DNA of 64,000 bases. It comes from an uncultured Clostridia bacterium. GTDB lineage: Bacteria > Bacillota > DTU014. Every line of letters starts with the position of its first letter. Positions within the stretch are counted from its first letter, which is position 1. Location of the stretch: positions 31,028-95,027 of the forward strand of contig FIZI01000001.1 in NCBI GenBank assembly GCA_900016865.1, written 5' to 3'. The position numbers were made by a program, and so were the translations under genes. The notes below the pieces were generated by a model that worked only from the letters and a program-made list of their open reading frames with translations, ran no database searches and had not been told where the DNA came from. Shown here in pieces: positions 32,198-41,975 of this stretch.

Positions 32198-33615
32198 ACT
32201 CGATGGACCCTAAGGAAGTTGGTACCTGCAGGAACGGCAGGTCCGATACCCGCTGTGAGGGCAACCAAGTCACCCTTCGATACTAAGCCGCTCTGAACAG
32301 CGGCGTCAACACTAGACTGTACGATGCTGTCCGTATCGTTGCTGTAGTTGACGACCAACGGTACGACTCCCCACACCAAAGTCAGGCGATTCGCAACTCT
32401 AACGTTTGGCGTCGTAGCTATGATCGGGCTGCTCGGCCTGTACTTCGCCACGTTCTTGGCGGTGCTGCCAGAATTTGTAGAGCTTATGATGGCTGCAGCA
32501 TTAAGTTTCTCTGCAGTAACGCAAGTAGAATGACAAATGGCGTCTGCAATAGATGCACCGCTTACAACTGTTCTGCTCCTTAGCATCTCCGCATACGGCA
32601 ACTCGCGCTCTGTCCTCGTTATTATTCGAGTCATCATACGAACCGCAGCGACAGGATATCGCCCAACTGCAGTCTCTCCTGAGAGCATCACCGCGTCAGT
32701 CCCTTGCATGATAGCACCGGACACGTCAGCGACCTCAGCCCGCGTTGGTATCGGGCTGTGTTTCATAGACTCGAGCATCTGCGTGGCAGTGATCACAGGC
32801 TTGCCTACCTCGTTGCATTTCCTGATGATAGCACGCTGTGCAACAGGGACATCCTCAGGAGGCATTTCAATGCCCAAATCGCCTCTGGCAATCATCACGG
32901 CATCGGCTGCCTCTATGATCTCCTCGAGGTTCGCTAATCCCTGAATATTCTCAATCTTCGCCACGACTTCCGCGTCCGACCCGAGCTCCTCCAGAATCTG
33001 CTTAACCGCCAGAATATCCTCAGCTGAGCGCACAAACGAGACCGCGATTAGATCGATGCCGTTGCTCACACAGAAGTCAATGTCTGAGCGATCCTTGTCA
33101 GTTAGGGGAGCCATGTCCACTGTGACTCCTTGAAAGCAGATTCCTTTTCGGTTCTTGAGGACACCGCCTGTGACTACTTTGCACCTAACAGCGCCGGGCT
33201 TCACATCAGTGACCTGCAACTGAATTAACCCGTCGTCAAGCAGCACGACTCCATCCGGCCTAGCCAATTGGGCCACGCCGTCGTATGGAATCGGTATCTC
33301 ACAAGGGCAGCTACCCCTCGATCCTTCGACGAGCACAACATCGTCGTTCTCGTTAAGGAGGATCTGATCGCCTGTAAGGTCGCCGATTCGCAGCTTCGGC
33401 CCCTGCAAATCCGCCATGACTCCGACTGCGATACCCATCTCCCTTGAGATCTGCCTGACTAGCTCAATCTTGGCTTTATGATCATCGTGACTGCCGTGAG
33501 ACAAGTTCAAGCGCGCGACATCCAGGCCTGACTCGATCATTCTGCGGAGCACCTCGTGAGTTGAGCTAGATGGGCCTAGAGTACAGACGATCTTTGTCCT
33601 TCTCACCGGACTCAA
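32194..33615 (-). CDS. pyk: Pyruvate kinase
   Basis: 473 aa. RRTKIVCTLGPSS, MIARGDLGIEMP, ATQMLESM. Confidence 0.96.
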   Translation of the reverse strand: MSPVRRTKIVCTLGPSSSTHEVLRRMIESGLDVARLNLSHGSHDDHKAKIELVRQISREMGIAVGVMADLQGPKLRIGDLTGDQILLNENDDVVLVEGSRGSCPCEIPIPYDGVAQLARPDGVVLLDDGLIQLQVTDVKPGAVRCKVVTGGVLKNRKGICFQGVTVDMAPLTDKDRSDIDFCVSNGIDLIAVSFVRSAEDILAVKQILEELGSDAEVVAKIENIQGLANLEEIIEAADAVMIARGDLGIEMPPEDVPVAQRAIIRKCNEVGKPVITATQMLESMKHSPIPTRAEVADVSGAIMQGTDAVMLSGETAVGRYPVAAVRMMTRIITRTERELPYAEMLRSRTVVSGASIADAICHSTCVTAEKLNAAAIISSTNSGSTAKNVAKYRPSSPIIATTPNVRVANRLTLVWGVVPLVVNYSNDTDSIVQSSVDAAVQSGLVSKGDLVALTAGIGPAVPAGTNFLRVHRV

Positions 33616-34241
33616 GCCTCCTTGTCACTACTTACGAAAAACCGTTCATATAACTCCATCTTGAACACTCGCTTAAGTGCGTCGGCGCTTGCTAGTCGGC
33701 TCAATATACCATGGGAGATCACTCCTGTTATGAACCCCGTGACTGCTCCCGACACCATGAGCACAGGCAGATATATGTACAGCCTGGGAGCGCCGGTTAC
33801 TGCCTGAGCTACTGCAAACTGACAGAGGTTGTGGACCAGCGCGCCGATCACACTGACCGATACCAGACTCAAAGCCCTGTAGCCATAGGTGACTGCCACA
33901 TACATAGATGTGGCACTGGCTATTCCGCCGCTTACTGAGAACAAGAAGCCTGTCGGGCCGCCCCCGAGTAGTGACGTTACCAGGCTTCGGAGGACAACCA
34001 TCACCAGCACTCTCGAATACGGTAGGCAGAAGAGGCCGATGAGTGAGGCAGTATTTGCTAGTCCGAGCTTGATGCCTGGCGCCACCTGTGGAACGGGAAC
34101 CATCCGTTCTACAGAATGCAGGACCAGCCCTATTGTTAGTAGCAGAGAAAGCACAGCAGCCTCGCGGACACTGTCCGACCATGATTCCAAACGGCGTACA
34201 CACCTTTCATCTCTCGGCCAAGACGTAACGACCGGGTACAA
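33612..34241 (-). CDS. Gx transporter / heptaprenyl diphosphate synthase component I-like membrane protein
   Basis: 209 aa, 5-6 TM helices. Sits in the recurrent ApbE, NusG-domain-II, Gx-transporter trio. Confidence 0.7.
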   Translation of the reverse strand: MYPVVTSWPRDERCVRRLESWSDSVREAAVLSLLLTIGLVLHSVERMVPVPQVAPGIKLGLANTASLIGLFCLPYSRVLVMVVLRSLVTSLLGGGPTGFLFSVSGGIASATSMYVAVTYGYRALSLVSVSVIGALVHNLCQFAVAQAVTGAPRLYIYLPVLMVSGAVTGFITGVISHGILSRLASADALKRVFKMELYERFFVSSDKEA

Positions 34242-34625
34242 TCAGTATGAGACTCCGTCTACATCACCTTTGTCGCCACGCTCTGAAACAATCGTAATCA
34301 CAAAACGATGTGGAACGCAGACTATACTCTGCGACGGCCTGCTGATCCACCCCTGACGCACGTCGACCTGCTCAGGGCAATTCGCCTCAACTACACGAAT
34401 CATTCCCTTGCGGACCTCGACCACATTATAGCCTCCCCCGTCCGTGTAATAGGTCTTGGTGTAAGGCTCCGATACCGATGACAAATCAATCGTCTCTTGT
34501 ATTACGTTGTCAATCTTCACTTCTGCGTAGATCCGCGTTGAAGAGTTCGTGGGTTTCATCTGATAAAGGGCTGCGGCTGCCGCAATCAGTACCAGCAGCA
34601 TGATGATCCTGTCACCGGATTTCAT
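34242..34625 (-). CDS. NusG domain II-containing protein (DUF1312)
   Basis: 127 aa. N-terminal TM helix and a beta-rich domain ...GGGYNVVEVRKGMIRVVEANCPEQVDVRQGWI. Positioned between apbE and the Gx transporter. Confidence 0.7.
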   Translation of the reverse strand: MKSGDRIIMLLVLIAAAAALYQMKPTNSSTRIYAEVKIDNVIQETIDLSSVSEPYTKTYYTDGGGYNVVEVRKGMIRVVEANCPEQVDVRQGWISRPSQSIVCVPHRFVITIVSERGDKGDVDGVSY

Positions 34626-35667
34626 AGGTATAACCCTCTTTGACGACTTGAAACGCCTCGGCTATTCCAGAACTGACGATCACACGATTGTCAGAGGTAA
34701 TGACTACAACCTCTATCTCCTCGGACCTGTCGACAAACTCAAACAACTCATCAACCCCGAGCACGAACAGGCCAGTTGACAGGGCGTCTGCCTGGATCCC
34801 AGTTGGAGCGATCACGCTGACCGAGCGCACTCCCGGTGAAGCCGGGTAACCCGTAGACGGGTCGAGTATGTGATGATAAATGACACTGTCTCGCTCGAAG
34901 TACCGCTCGTAGTCGCCCGACGTTGCCACTGCGCCGGAGGATATGCTGATGACGCCTACATAGCTTCCACGCGGCGCTGCCGGATCTTGAATGCCTACTC
35001 GCCATTGCTGTCCAGTCGGCTTGGTTCCAAAAACACAGATATTGCCTCCAAGATCGACAATTCCCGCGTCGATTCCCGCATTCTGAAGTATTCCTACAAC
35101 CTCGTCGCAGGCATATCCCTTTGCTATAGCCCCCAGATCAACCCGGAAGTCAGTGTTTCGCATCACCTGTCGCTTATCCTCGTCTAATACGAGGTTCTGA
35201 TATCCGACTCCAGACAGGGCATGCCTGATTGCCTCACCTGAAGGTACACTCGCTCGCTCGGTGCCAATGCCCCACAGGTCCACCAGACGTCCAACAGTTG
35301 GATCAAAACTGCCGCGCGTCTCCCGGGCGAACTCCAGGGCTGAAGATATAAGATACGCGGTATCTTCGTGGACCTGGACGTACGAGCCGATAGGTGCGGA
35401 ATTGAGCAGAGCAATGTCACTGTCACTGATAGAGGTGCTGACCAGCTGCTCTATCTCACCGATCCTGTCAAACCCTTTGTTTACTGCTCCTTCAGCACTT
35501 CTGTTGGCGTACACAGTTATCTCGACGAGAGTGCCCATCGCAAAGCCCGTCCAAGTGTAGGGTCGAAGCTCACGTTGGGGCAGTCTGACGGAGTAAACAA
35601 CGACAACAACGAGCATGATTAGAACCGGTAAGGCAAGCGACCACCGGGTCCTGCTGTGATCGGCCAT
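34612..35667 (-). CDS. apbE: FAD:protein FMN transferase (flavin transferase)
   Basis: 351 aa. N-terminal anchor, FAMGTLVEI, FDPTVG, GAIAKGYA, ATSGDYERYF. Confidence 0.9.
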   Translation of the reverse strand: MADHSRTRWSLALPVLIMLVVVVVYSVRLPQRELRPYTWTGFAMGTLVEITVYANRSAEGAVNKGFDRIGEIEQLVSTSISDSDIALLNSAPIGSYVQVHEDTAYLISSALEFARETRGSFDPTVGRLVDLWGIGTERASVPSGEAIRHALSGVGYQNLVLDEDKRQVMRNTDFRVDLGAIAKGYACDEVVGILQNAGIDAGIVDLGGNICVFGTKPTGQQWRVGIQDPAAPRGSYVGVISISSGAVATSGDYERYFERDSVIYHHILDPSTGYPASPGVRSVSVIAPTGIQADALSTGLFVLGVDELFEFVDRSEEIEVVVITSDNRVIVSSGIAEAFQVVKEGYTYEIR

Positions 35668-35795
35668 TGTTTCCTGAAATACCTCTCCTGCAGGAATTCA
35701 GAGTAAGTATATCACACCCTTTTCAAAGCAGTCCACAGGGCCAAGGGACTGGTGACTCTACATGTATGGAGAGTCTAGTTTGCGTATATGGGTAG

Positions 35796-35824
35796 ATGCA
35801 AACGACGAGAAAAACCCTCGTCGT
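35796..35824 (-). terminator. Possible rho-independent terminator after the DMT transporter gene
   Basis: Minus strand: CGACGAG-GGTTTTT-CTCGTCG followed by TTTGCAT. The stem is only 7-8 bp. Confidence 0.45.
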
Positions 35825-35904
35825 ATGCTGGATACCGCATACGGGTTCGGTGTACTATCAGCTCAACTGTCGCTTCGGAGACCACACCTAGAGCGATGAT
35901 CGGC

Positions 35905-36867
35905 CTAGCGTGATTCCTCTCTTGCGAAAATGAAGATGCCCGTCAGCAAGACAGCGCATGCTATCGCCTGTACTACCGTAGGCACTTCGCCAAATAACAG
36001 TGCAGCCCAAATAGATGATCCCACCGGTTCACCCAGTATCATCACAGCCACAAAAGAAGCGCTGACGAATTCCAAAGACCAGTTGAACAACGTGTGCCCC
36101 AATACTGTACACACAAGAGCCAGTGCCGTGGTAATCAACAAATCGCGAAAGGAAACAACGAACAGCTGCGGTGAGACCAGCAAGCAGATCATGCCAATCG
36201 TGACAGCGCTACTCCAGTAGGCGAGCAGAGTATATGACTCAACAGTGAGCGATCTACGAACTCGCCTGCCTACAACCCAGTAGGCAGACGCGAATACTGC
36301 TCCTGCCAAGGCCAGCATGTCGCCAATAAGATGGCTCGAATCTATCAATGCCCCCTGCCACACTAGGGCCACGCTGCCAAAGAGCGCAAGAATCATTGCG
36401 GCTACGGCTGATCGACTCAAACGCTCATTGAGAAACAACCTGGCAAACAGAGCAACAAACAACGGCTGTGTGGTGACCAGCGTCACCGAACTCGCTACAG
36501 AAGTGTACTTGAGGGACGAAGTCCAAGTAACGAAGTGGAGTCCGAGGAAGGTGCCGCTCAGAAGGCACAGCTTGAACTCGGGCGACCTGTAATCCGGAAG
36601 AGGCCGACGCTTAATGAGACACAAAGGTACGATGCAGATCGCTGAGATCAGCATCCGATAGAATGCGACTGACATCCCGCTAGCGTCTGTGAGCCTTATG
36701 AATATCGCTGCGAATGAAACTGCTACAACCCCAAGGAGTACCGCCAGCCTGTACCGATTTGCCACGTCTGCGTGCTGTCGGTCGTGCATGGCGCCTAGAT
36801 TAGCGTCAGGCACATCGTATACCCCCTCATAGTCGAGACTGAGTCTTGACACTTCAGACAATTCCAT
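35905..36867 (-). CDS. DMT/EamA-family transporter
   Basis: Ten hydrophobic segments in two EamA-like halves. The longest ORF (to 37008) overlaps the DUF1540 gene. The start is uncertain: ATG at 36867 or GTG at 36813. Confidence 0.8.
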   Translation of the reverse strand: MELSEVSRLSLDYEGVYDVPDANLGAMHDRQHADVANRYRLAVLLGVVAVSFAAIFIRLTDASGMSVAFYRMLISAICIVPLCLIKRRPLPDYRSPEFKLCLLSGTFLGLHFVTWTSSLKYTSVASSVTLVTTQPLFVALFARLFLNERLSRSAVAAMILALFGSVALVWQGALIDSSHLIGDMLALAGAVFASAYWVVGRRVRRSLTVESYTLLAYWSSAVTIGMICLLVSPQLFVVSFRDLLITTALALVCTVLGHTLFNWSLEFVSASFVAVMILGEPVGSSIWAALLFGEVPTVVQAIACAVLLTGIFIFAREESR

Positions 36868-36937
36868 CGTTTCAGACACCAAAAAAACCGACGGAGAGGC
36901 GACAGCCCCTCCGCCTGCAATAACAGGTCTGTCGGAC

Positions 36938-37186
36938 TCAACGCGTCTTTGGCCGAAATGTCTCGCAACACGTTTGGCTGGATGTCTGGGCGAATCGCTC
37001 CTGCTCACGCCTGACTACATCCACTGTGCCGATATCTGCAGCCTCCATGTCACGGCGCTTGCCTAGATCATCGTCAACATCCGTCCTCAATCGGTTCTTG
37101 ACATAGATCTCATCAGCACTGCAGTAATCGCCCTCATCATAGTAATGGCACGACTTCACTGAACACCTGATGGTTGCCATCGACAA
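36938..37186 (-). CDS. DUF1540 domain-containing protein
   Basis: 82 aa. IRCSVKSCHYYDEGDYCSADEIYV has the DUF1540 Cys pattern. Confidence 0.75.
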   Translation of the reverse strand: MSMATIRCSVKSCHYYDEGDYCSADEIYVKNRLRTDVDDDLGKRRDMEAADIGTVDVVRREQERFAQTSSQTCCETFRPKTR

Positions 37187-37259
37187 ATACCTCCCATACT
37201 AACCGTCGGTGTTAGTATGAAGTCTAACTGCCGCCATTATGCCCAATCTGACCGATGCC

Positions 37260-38630
37260 TCAGCTATCGGACCTGATGCGCTCCAATGCCTGCTCAACCT
37301 CTGATTGGATTCGGTTTACTGCTTCTTCAGTCTCGCCTTCAAATCTCAGTACAAGAGCCGGTTGAGTATTTGATGCGCGCACTAGTGCCCAACCATCTGG
37401 GAAGTTAACCCGGGCACCGTCTATGTCTATCACCTCATAGCTGTGGCGGAACACGTCTATAATCCTGTCGACTGCCGCAAACTTCAGCGCGTCAGGGTAG
37501 TCGACACGAATCTCAGGGGTGTTGTACATCTTGGGAAGAGTGGCGATCATCTGGCCAAGGTTCATCTCAGAACTCGAAATCATCTCAAGGAGGCGAGCGC
37601 CAGCATAGATAGCATCGTCATACCCGAAGTAACGGTCGGCAAAAAACATGTGGCCACTCATCTCGCCCGCAAGTACTGCACCCTCCTCCTTCATCTTTGC
37701 CTTGATGAGCGAATGACCAACCTTCCACATGATAGGCGTCCCGCCGTGCCGCCTTACGTCGTCAAAAAGAGCCTTTGAGCACTTGACTTCAGCAACAAAC
37801 TTGGCACCGGGAATCCGCTTCAGAATATCCCTTGCAAAAAGGATCATCATCTGATCGCCCCAGAGGACTGTGCCATCAGCAGCAACGCATCCGATTCGAT
37901 CGGCATCGCCGTCGAAGGCGATCCCGAGATCAGCACGGGCGTCCTTCACTGATTCGGCGAGGGCTTGCAGGCTCTCAGGCACTGTCGGATCAGGATGGTG
38001 ATTTGGGAAATTGCCATCAGGCTCGCAGAACAGATCGACGACATCAAAACCCAAACGTCTGTACAGAGGTACTGCGACAACTCCTCCGACCCCATTTCCA
38101 GCGTCTACCACCACCCGCAAGTCTCTCTCGCCCTTGGAAATGCCAGACGCGACGTACTCTATGTATTCAGCAATGATGTCGGTCTGTCTCACTGTGCCAG
38201 ACCCAACTGCGTATTGCTCGCTCTTGAGAATACTCTTTATCCGCTGGATCTCATCTCCAAACACGGTGGTCTTTCCAAGGCAAATCTTAAACCCGTTGTA
38301 ATCCTTTGGGTTGTGACTGCCGGTGATCATTACGCCGCCTTCGAGGTCCAATTTGAACAGCGAGTAGTACAATAGCGGTGTAGGCACCATGCCTAGGTCT
38401 ATCACATCGCAGCCGCCTTCAGTGAGTCCTTCCACCAGAGCGTCACGAAATTCTGGGGAGCTCAGTCTCGCGTCCCTGCCAACACTGACCTTGCTGACAC
38501 CATGCTGCTCATAATACGTCGCCAGACTTCTGCCCAGCCTGTAGACCAGGTCAGAATCCAGTTGTTGTCCTACCACACCTCGTATGTCATATTGCCTGAA
38601 TATATGATCGATGTCCGGACTCACAGCCAC
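37260..38630 (-). CDS. Phosphomannomutase/phosphoglucomutase (alpha-D-phosphohexomutase)
   Basis: 456 aa. Active-site loop GVMITGSHNPKDYNGFK (AlgC/PMM-PGM type, not GlmM SASHNP), metal loop FDGDADR. Confidence 0.9.
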   Translation of the reverse strand: MAVSPDIDHIFRQYDIRGVVGQQLDSDLVYRLGRSLATYYEQHGVSKVSVGRDARLSSPEFRDALVEGLTEGGCDVIDLGMVPTPLLYYSLFKLDLEGGVMITGSHNPKDYNGFKICLGKTTVFGDEIQRIKSILKSEQYAVGSGTVRQTDIIAEYIEYVASGISKGERDLRVVVDAGNGVGGVVAVPLYRRLGFDVVDLFCEPDGNFPNHHPDPTVPESLQALAESVKDARADLGIAFDGDADRIGCVAADGTVLWGDQMMILFARDILKRIPGAKFVAEVKCSKALFDDVRRHGGTPIMWKVGHSLIKAKMKEEGAVLAGEMSGHMFFADRYFGYDDAIYAGARLLEMISSSEMNLGQMIATLPKMYNTPEIRVDYPDALKFAAVDRIIDVFRHSYEVIDIDGARVNFPDGWALVRASNTQPALVLRFEGETEEAVNRIQSEVEQALERIRSDS

Positions 38631-38765
38631 ACTGCCTCCTTCGTGCCCTGCATTCCCATAGCTATTCCGTGATATTTGTGTTCAACTGACCTTGCACTAG
38701 ACATCATTGGTGCAAACCTGTAGATTATACTTATGTTGATTGCAAGACTGAGAAAGGGATATCAC

Positions 38766-39740
38766 ATGTCATCCGGTATGTCAACCAACTCGCGACTTTC
38801 CATTCTAACAGCATTTGGACCAACCCTTTTCTGGGGTCTCTCTTATGCTTTCACGAAAGGCCTTCTTCAGTCATTGACTCCAGTAGAGATCGCAGTGTTT
38901 CGCTTTCTGATCGGCTCGGTCGCTCTCTTGGTGCTATCAGTGGTCATGAAACGGCTGCAACCCATCAAGCGCGAGCACCTTCCCAGGGCCATAGCAGCTG
39001 GTGTGATTGGAGTGACAGTCTACTTTCTGTTTGAAAACTATGGCCTCAACTACACGTCGGCAAGCGCCGGGTCACTGATCATAGCTTCAATACCTGTCAT
39101 CAATCTGCTGGTCTCATGGCTATCCCGTAGCGAGCAGATAACCGTCGCTGGAACAATAGGCGTTCTCCTGTCCTTTGCAGGAGTATACGTCCTGGTAAAA
39201 GCCTCTCCAGATCAGACGGGGTCGTCACTCTCCGGCAATCTACTGGTGCTGGGTGCCGCCATATCATGGGTGGTTTATACCCGCATCAACGCGCCACTCA
39301 TCAACGAGTACGATCTATTCGCTCTCAACACCTTTGAAACCTGCGTCGGCACAATAGCGCTCGTACCTGTCGGCATCTACACAGGCATCAGTCTGCCTGC
39401 TGCGAATCTCAACATCTGGCTGAGCCTCGCCTATTTGGGGTTCATCTGTTCGGCGGCTGCATACGTGCTCTACTTGATTGCACTAAAGCAACTCGGCTCG
39501 GTCGTAGTCACCACCTTTGTCAATCTCGTACCTGTCTTTGGCGTCATTGCTGCGGTGGTGATACTTGGGGAAAGAATCGCGACAGAGCAGTTGTGGGGCG
39601 GGCTCATGATCCTCGCCGGAGTAGTCCTGGTAACCAAGAAGGGCAAGCGAGAAGATGATGCCCATCACAACAGCCAGTCAAGGCCTGCGCAGTCTGCCAA
39701 GAAAACACATAGTCACTCTACATACTACCAGACGGGCTAG
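38766..39740 (+). CDS. DMT/EamA-family transporter
   Basis: Ten TM segments, two EamA repeats. ATG at 38766 after AAAGGGA is preferred over the longest ORF (38733). Confidence 0.85.
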   Translation: MSSGMSTNSRLSILTAFGPTLFWGLSYAFTKGLLQSLTPVEIAVFRFLIGSVALLVLSVVMKRLQPIKREHLPRAIAAGVIGVTVYFLFENYGLNYTSASAGSLIIASIPVINLLVSWLSRSEQITVAGTIGVLLSFAGVYVLVKASPDQTGSSLSGNLLVLGAAISWVVYTRINAPLINEYDLFALNTFETCVGTIALVPVGIYTGISLPAANLNIWLSLAYLGFICSAAAYVLYLIALKQLGSVVVTTFVNLVPVFGVIAAVVILGERIATEQLWGGLMILAGVVLVTKKGKREDDAHHNSQSRPAQSAKKTHSHSTYYQTG

Positions 39741-39805
39741 TACGCAGCAATACCAGGGCCGCGCTTTGTGCATTGACTCTCGAGTTTTGTCATGGTTTGA
39801 TCGCT

Positions 39806-39835
39806 TTGCCAAGACTGCAATCAATAAAGTATAAT
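39806..39835 (+). promoter_or_regulatory. Sigma-70-type promoter for tkt
   Basis: TTGCCA (39806-39811), 18-nt spacer, TATAAT (39830-39835). Confidence 0.55.
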
Positions 39836-39893
39836 AGGTCTGTCCAATCTGGCATACACCAATGCTACTGTTGACCACTAAGGAGGTATTTGG

Positions 39894-41870
39894 ATGCTTC
39901 GGAGAATTGCTCACACGATCAGAGGTCTGTCTGCAGACAGTGTGGAGCAAGCGAAGTCGGGACACCCTGGAATGCCTCTAGGAGCTGCTGACATCGCTGC
40001 TGTCTTGTATTCGGAGGCGTTGAAACACGATCCCTCCTGCCCACACTGGCTGGATAGAGACCGGTTTATCCTATCTGCGGGCCATGCATCCATGCTGCTA
40101 TATTCAGTATTGCATCTCACCGGCTATGATTTGCCAATGAGCGAGCTAAAGAGGTTCAGGCAGCTAGGATCCAAGACTGCCGGGCACCCGGAATATGGCT
40201 TGACACCGGGAGTCGAAACAACCACAGGCCCGCTGGGTCAGGGGTTCGCAAATGCTGTAGGCATGGCGATCGCAGAGCGGATGCTTGCAGCGAGGTACAA
40301 TCGCCCGGGTTTTGAGATCTTCGATCACTATACATACGTCCTGGCAGGCGACGGCTGTATGATGGAAGGCATCACTTCTGAAGCAGCCTCTCTCGCTGGT
40401 CACCTCAAGCTAGACCGCCTGATCGTCTTCTACGATGACAACGGCATCACCATCGAGGGCGGCACTGACCTGGCCTTTAGTGAGTCAGTGCCTGATAGGT
40501 TCAGAGCTTATGGCTGGCACGTCGTAGAGATAGACGGTCACGATATCGATGCAATCCGAGGCGCCATCAAGGAGGCCAAAGAGTGCACTGACAAGCCTAG
40601 TCTGATATCAGCAAGAACGACGATTGCATGGGGAAGCCCTACGCTTGCAGGCAGCCACAAGTCGCATGGAGCGCCTCTAGGGCAAGAAGAGATAGCAGGC
40701 CTAAAGAAGGCCCTCGGACTTCCGAGCGAGCCGTTTACGGTAACTGACGATGTGAGGGAGTACTTCACTGAGCGCCAGAAGGAGTGGAGAGCTGACCACG
40801 AACGGTGGAATACGATGTTCGAAGAGTGGTCTGCCAAGTACCCCGAACTCCGCAGGAGCCTTGATGCTGCACTCGCAGGCGAAATCCCTGAGGACTTCGA
40901 GTCGATGATCTCCACATTCGAAGAGGGCACGAAGATCGCCTCGCGTAACTCCAGCGGGAAGATCCTTCAGCAAGTGGCTAAAGCGATACCGTATTTGGCC
41001 GGCGGTTCAGCGGACCTTGCACCGTCAACCAAGACGTATCTTGATGGAGAAGGGGTCATTCAAGCCGATGACTTCAGCGGCCGAAACATCCATTTTGGAA
41101 TTCGAGAGCACGCAATGGCTGCAATATGCAATGGAATCAGTCTTCATGGCGGAATACGGCCGTACTGCTCGACATTCCTGGTGTTTGTAGACTACATGAA
41201 GCACGCTGTAAGGCTCTCTGCACTGATGAAACAGCCTGTCATTTATGTCCTGACCCACGACTCCGTTTACGTCGGAGAAGACGGGCCTACCCATGAGCCA
41301 ATCGAGCAGACTGAGTCACTTCGCATTATCCCAAACTGCAGGGTTTTCAGGCCTGCGGACGCCAACGAGACCAGGCTGGCCTGGATTGAGGCTATCAAGC
41401 GAAAGGATGGCCCGACGTGTCTCGTGCTGACAAGACAAGACCTGCCGACAATTGCCGCTGACCGGGTTCCTAGAGACGGATTCGCGAAAGGCGGTTACGT
41501 GCTAAAGAAGGAGACTTCCGATAAGCCGGACCTAGTACTGGTCGCAGCTGGAAGCGAAGTATCGCTGTGCATGGAGACAGCCGAGATGCTTGAGGCTGAC
41601 GGAGTGCAGGTCCGGGTTGTCTCAATGCCGTCACGAGAGCTCTTTATGAGCCAGGACAAGGAGTACCGCGAGTCAGTCCTAACAAGCGCCCCCAAGGTCG
41701 CAGTAGAGATTGGAGTCGGCGACGGATGGTACCAGATCGCGGGCACTGACGGGTTGGTCTATTCCCTCCAGAGATTTGGAGAGAGCGGACCGGGCGAGCA
41801 GGTTGCAGCCCTCCTCGGCTTCACTGCAGACGCCCTGAGGAAGGCCATCAAGGACAAGTTCGGTCTTTAG
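39894..41870 (+). CDS. tkt: Transketolase
   Basis: 658 aa. SGHPGMPLG, thiamine diphosphate motif [34 protein letters not shown]. Confidence 0.97.
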   Translation: MLRRIAHTIRGLSADSVEQAKSGHPGMPLGAADIAAVLYSEALKHDPSCPHWLDRDRFILSAGHASMLLYSVLHLTGYDLPMSELKRFRQLGSKTAGHPEYGLTPGVETTTGPLGQGFANAVGMAIAERMLAARYNRPGFEIFDHYTYVLAGDGCMMEGITSEAASLAGHLKLDRLIVFYDDNGITIEGGTDLAFSESVPDRFRAYGWHVVEIDGHDIDAIRGAIKEAKECTDKPSLISARTTIAWGSPTLAGSHKSHGAPLGQEEIAGLKKALGLPSEPFTVTDDVREYFTERQKEWRADHERWNTMFEEWSAKYPELRRSLDAALAGEIPEDFESMISTFEEGTKIASRNSSGKILQQVAKAIPYLAGGSADLAPSTKTYLDGEGVIQADDFSGRNIHFGIREHAMAAICNGISLHGGIRPYCSTFLVFVDYMKHAVRLSALMKQPVIYVLTHDSVYVGEDGPTHEPIEQTESLRIIPNCRVFRPADANETRLAWIEAIKRKDGPTCLVLTRQDLPTIAADRVPRDGFAKGGYVLKKETSDKPDLVLVAAGSEVSLCMETAEMLEADGVQVRVVSMPSRELFMSQDKEYRESVLTSAPKVAVEIGVGDGWYQIAGTDGLVYSLQRFGESGPGEQVAALLGFTADALRKAIKDKFGL

Positions 41871-41917
41871 TAAGTCGCTCTGGGACCAATATGCCGTAGC
41901 GTTGCGACAAAGCAACG

Positions 41918-41946
41918 AAAAAACGGGCGCCAGCCTCTGGCGCCCG
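41918..41946 (-). terminator. Rho-independent terminator of thrC
   Basis: Minus strand: CGGGCGCCAG-agg-CTGGCGCCCG followed by TTTTTT (A-run 41918-41923 on the plus strand). Confidence 0.7.
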
Positions 41947-41975
41947 TTCACATCTTCTGAAAAACCTGCAGTGCG

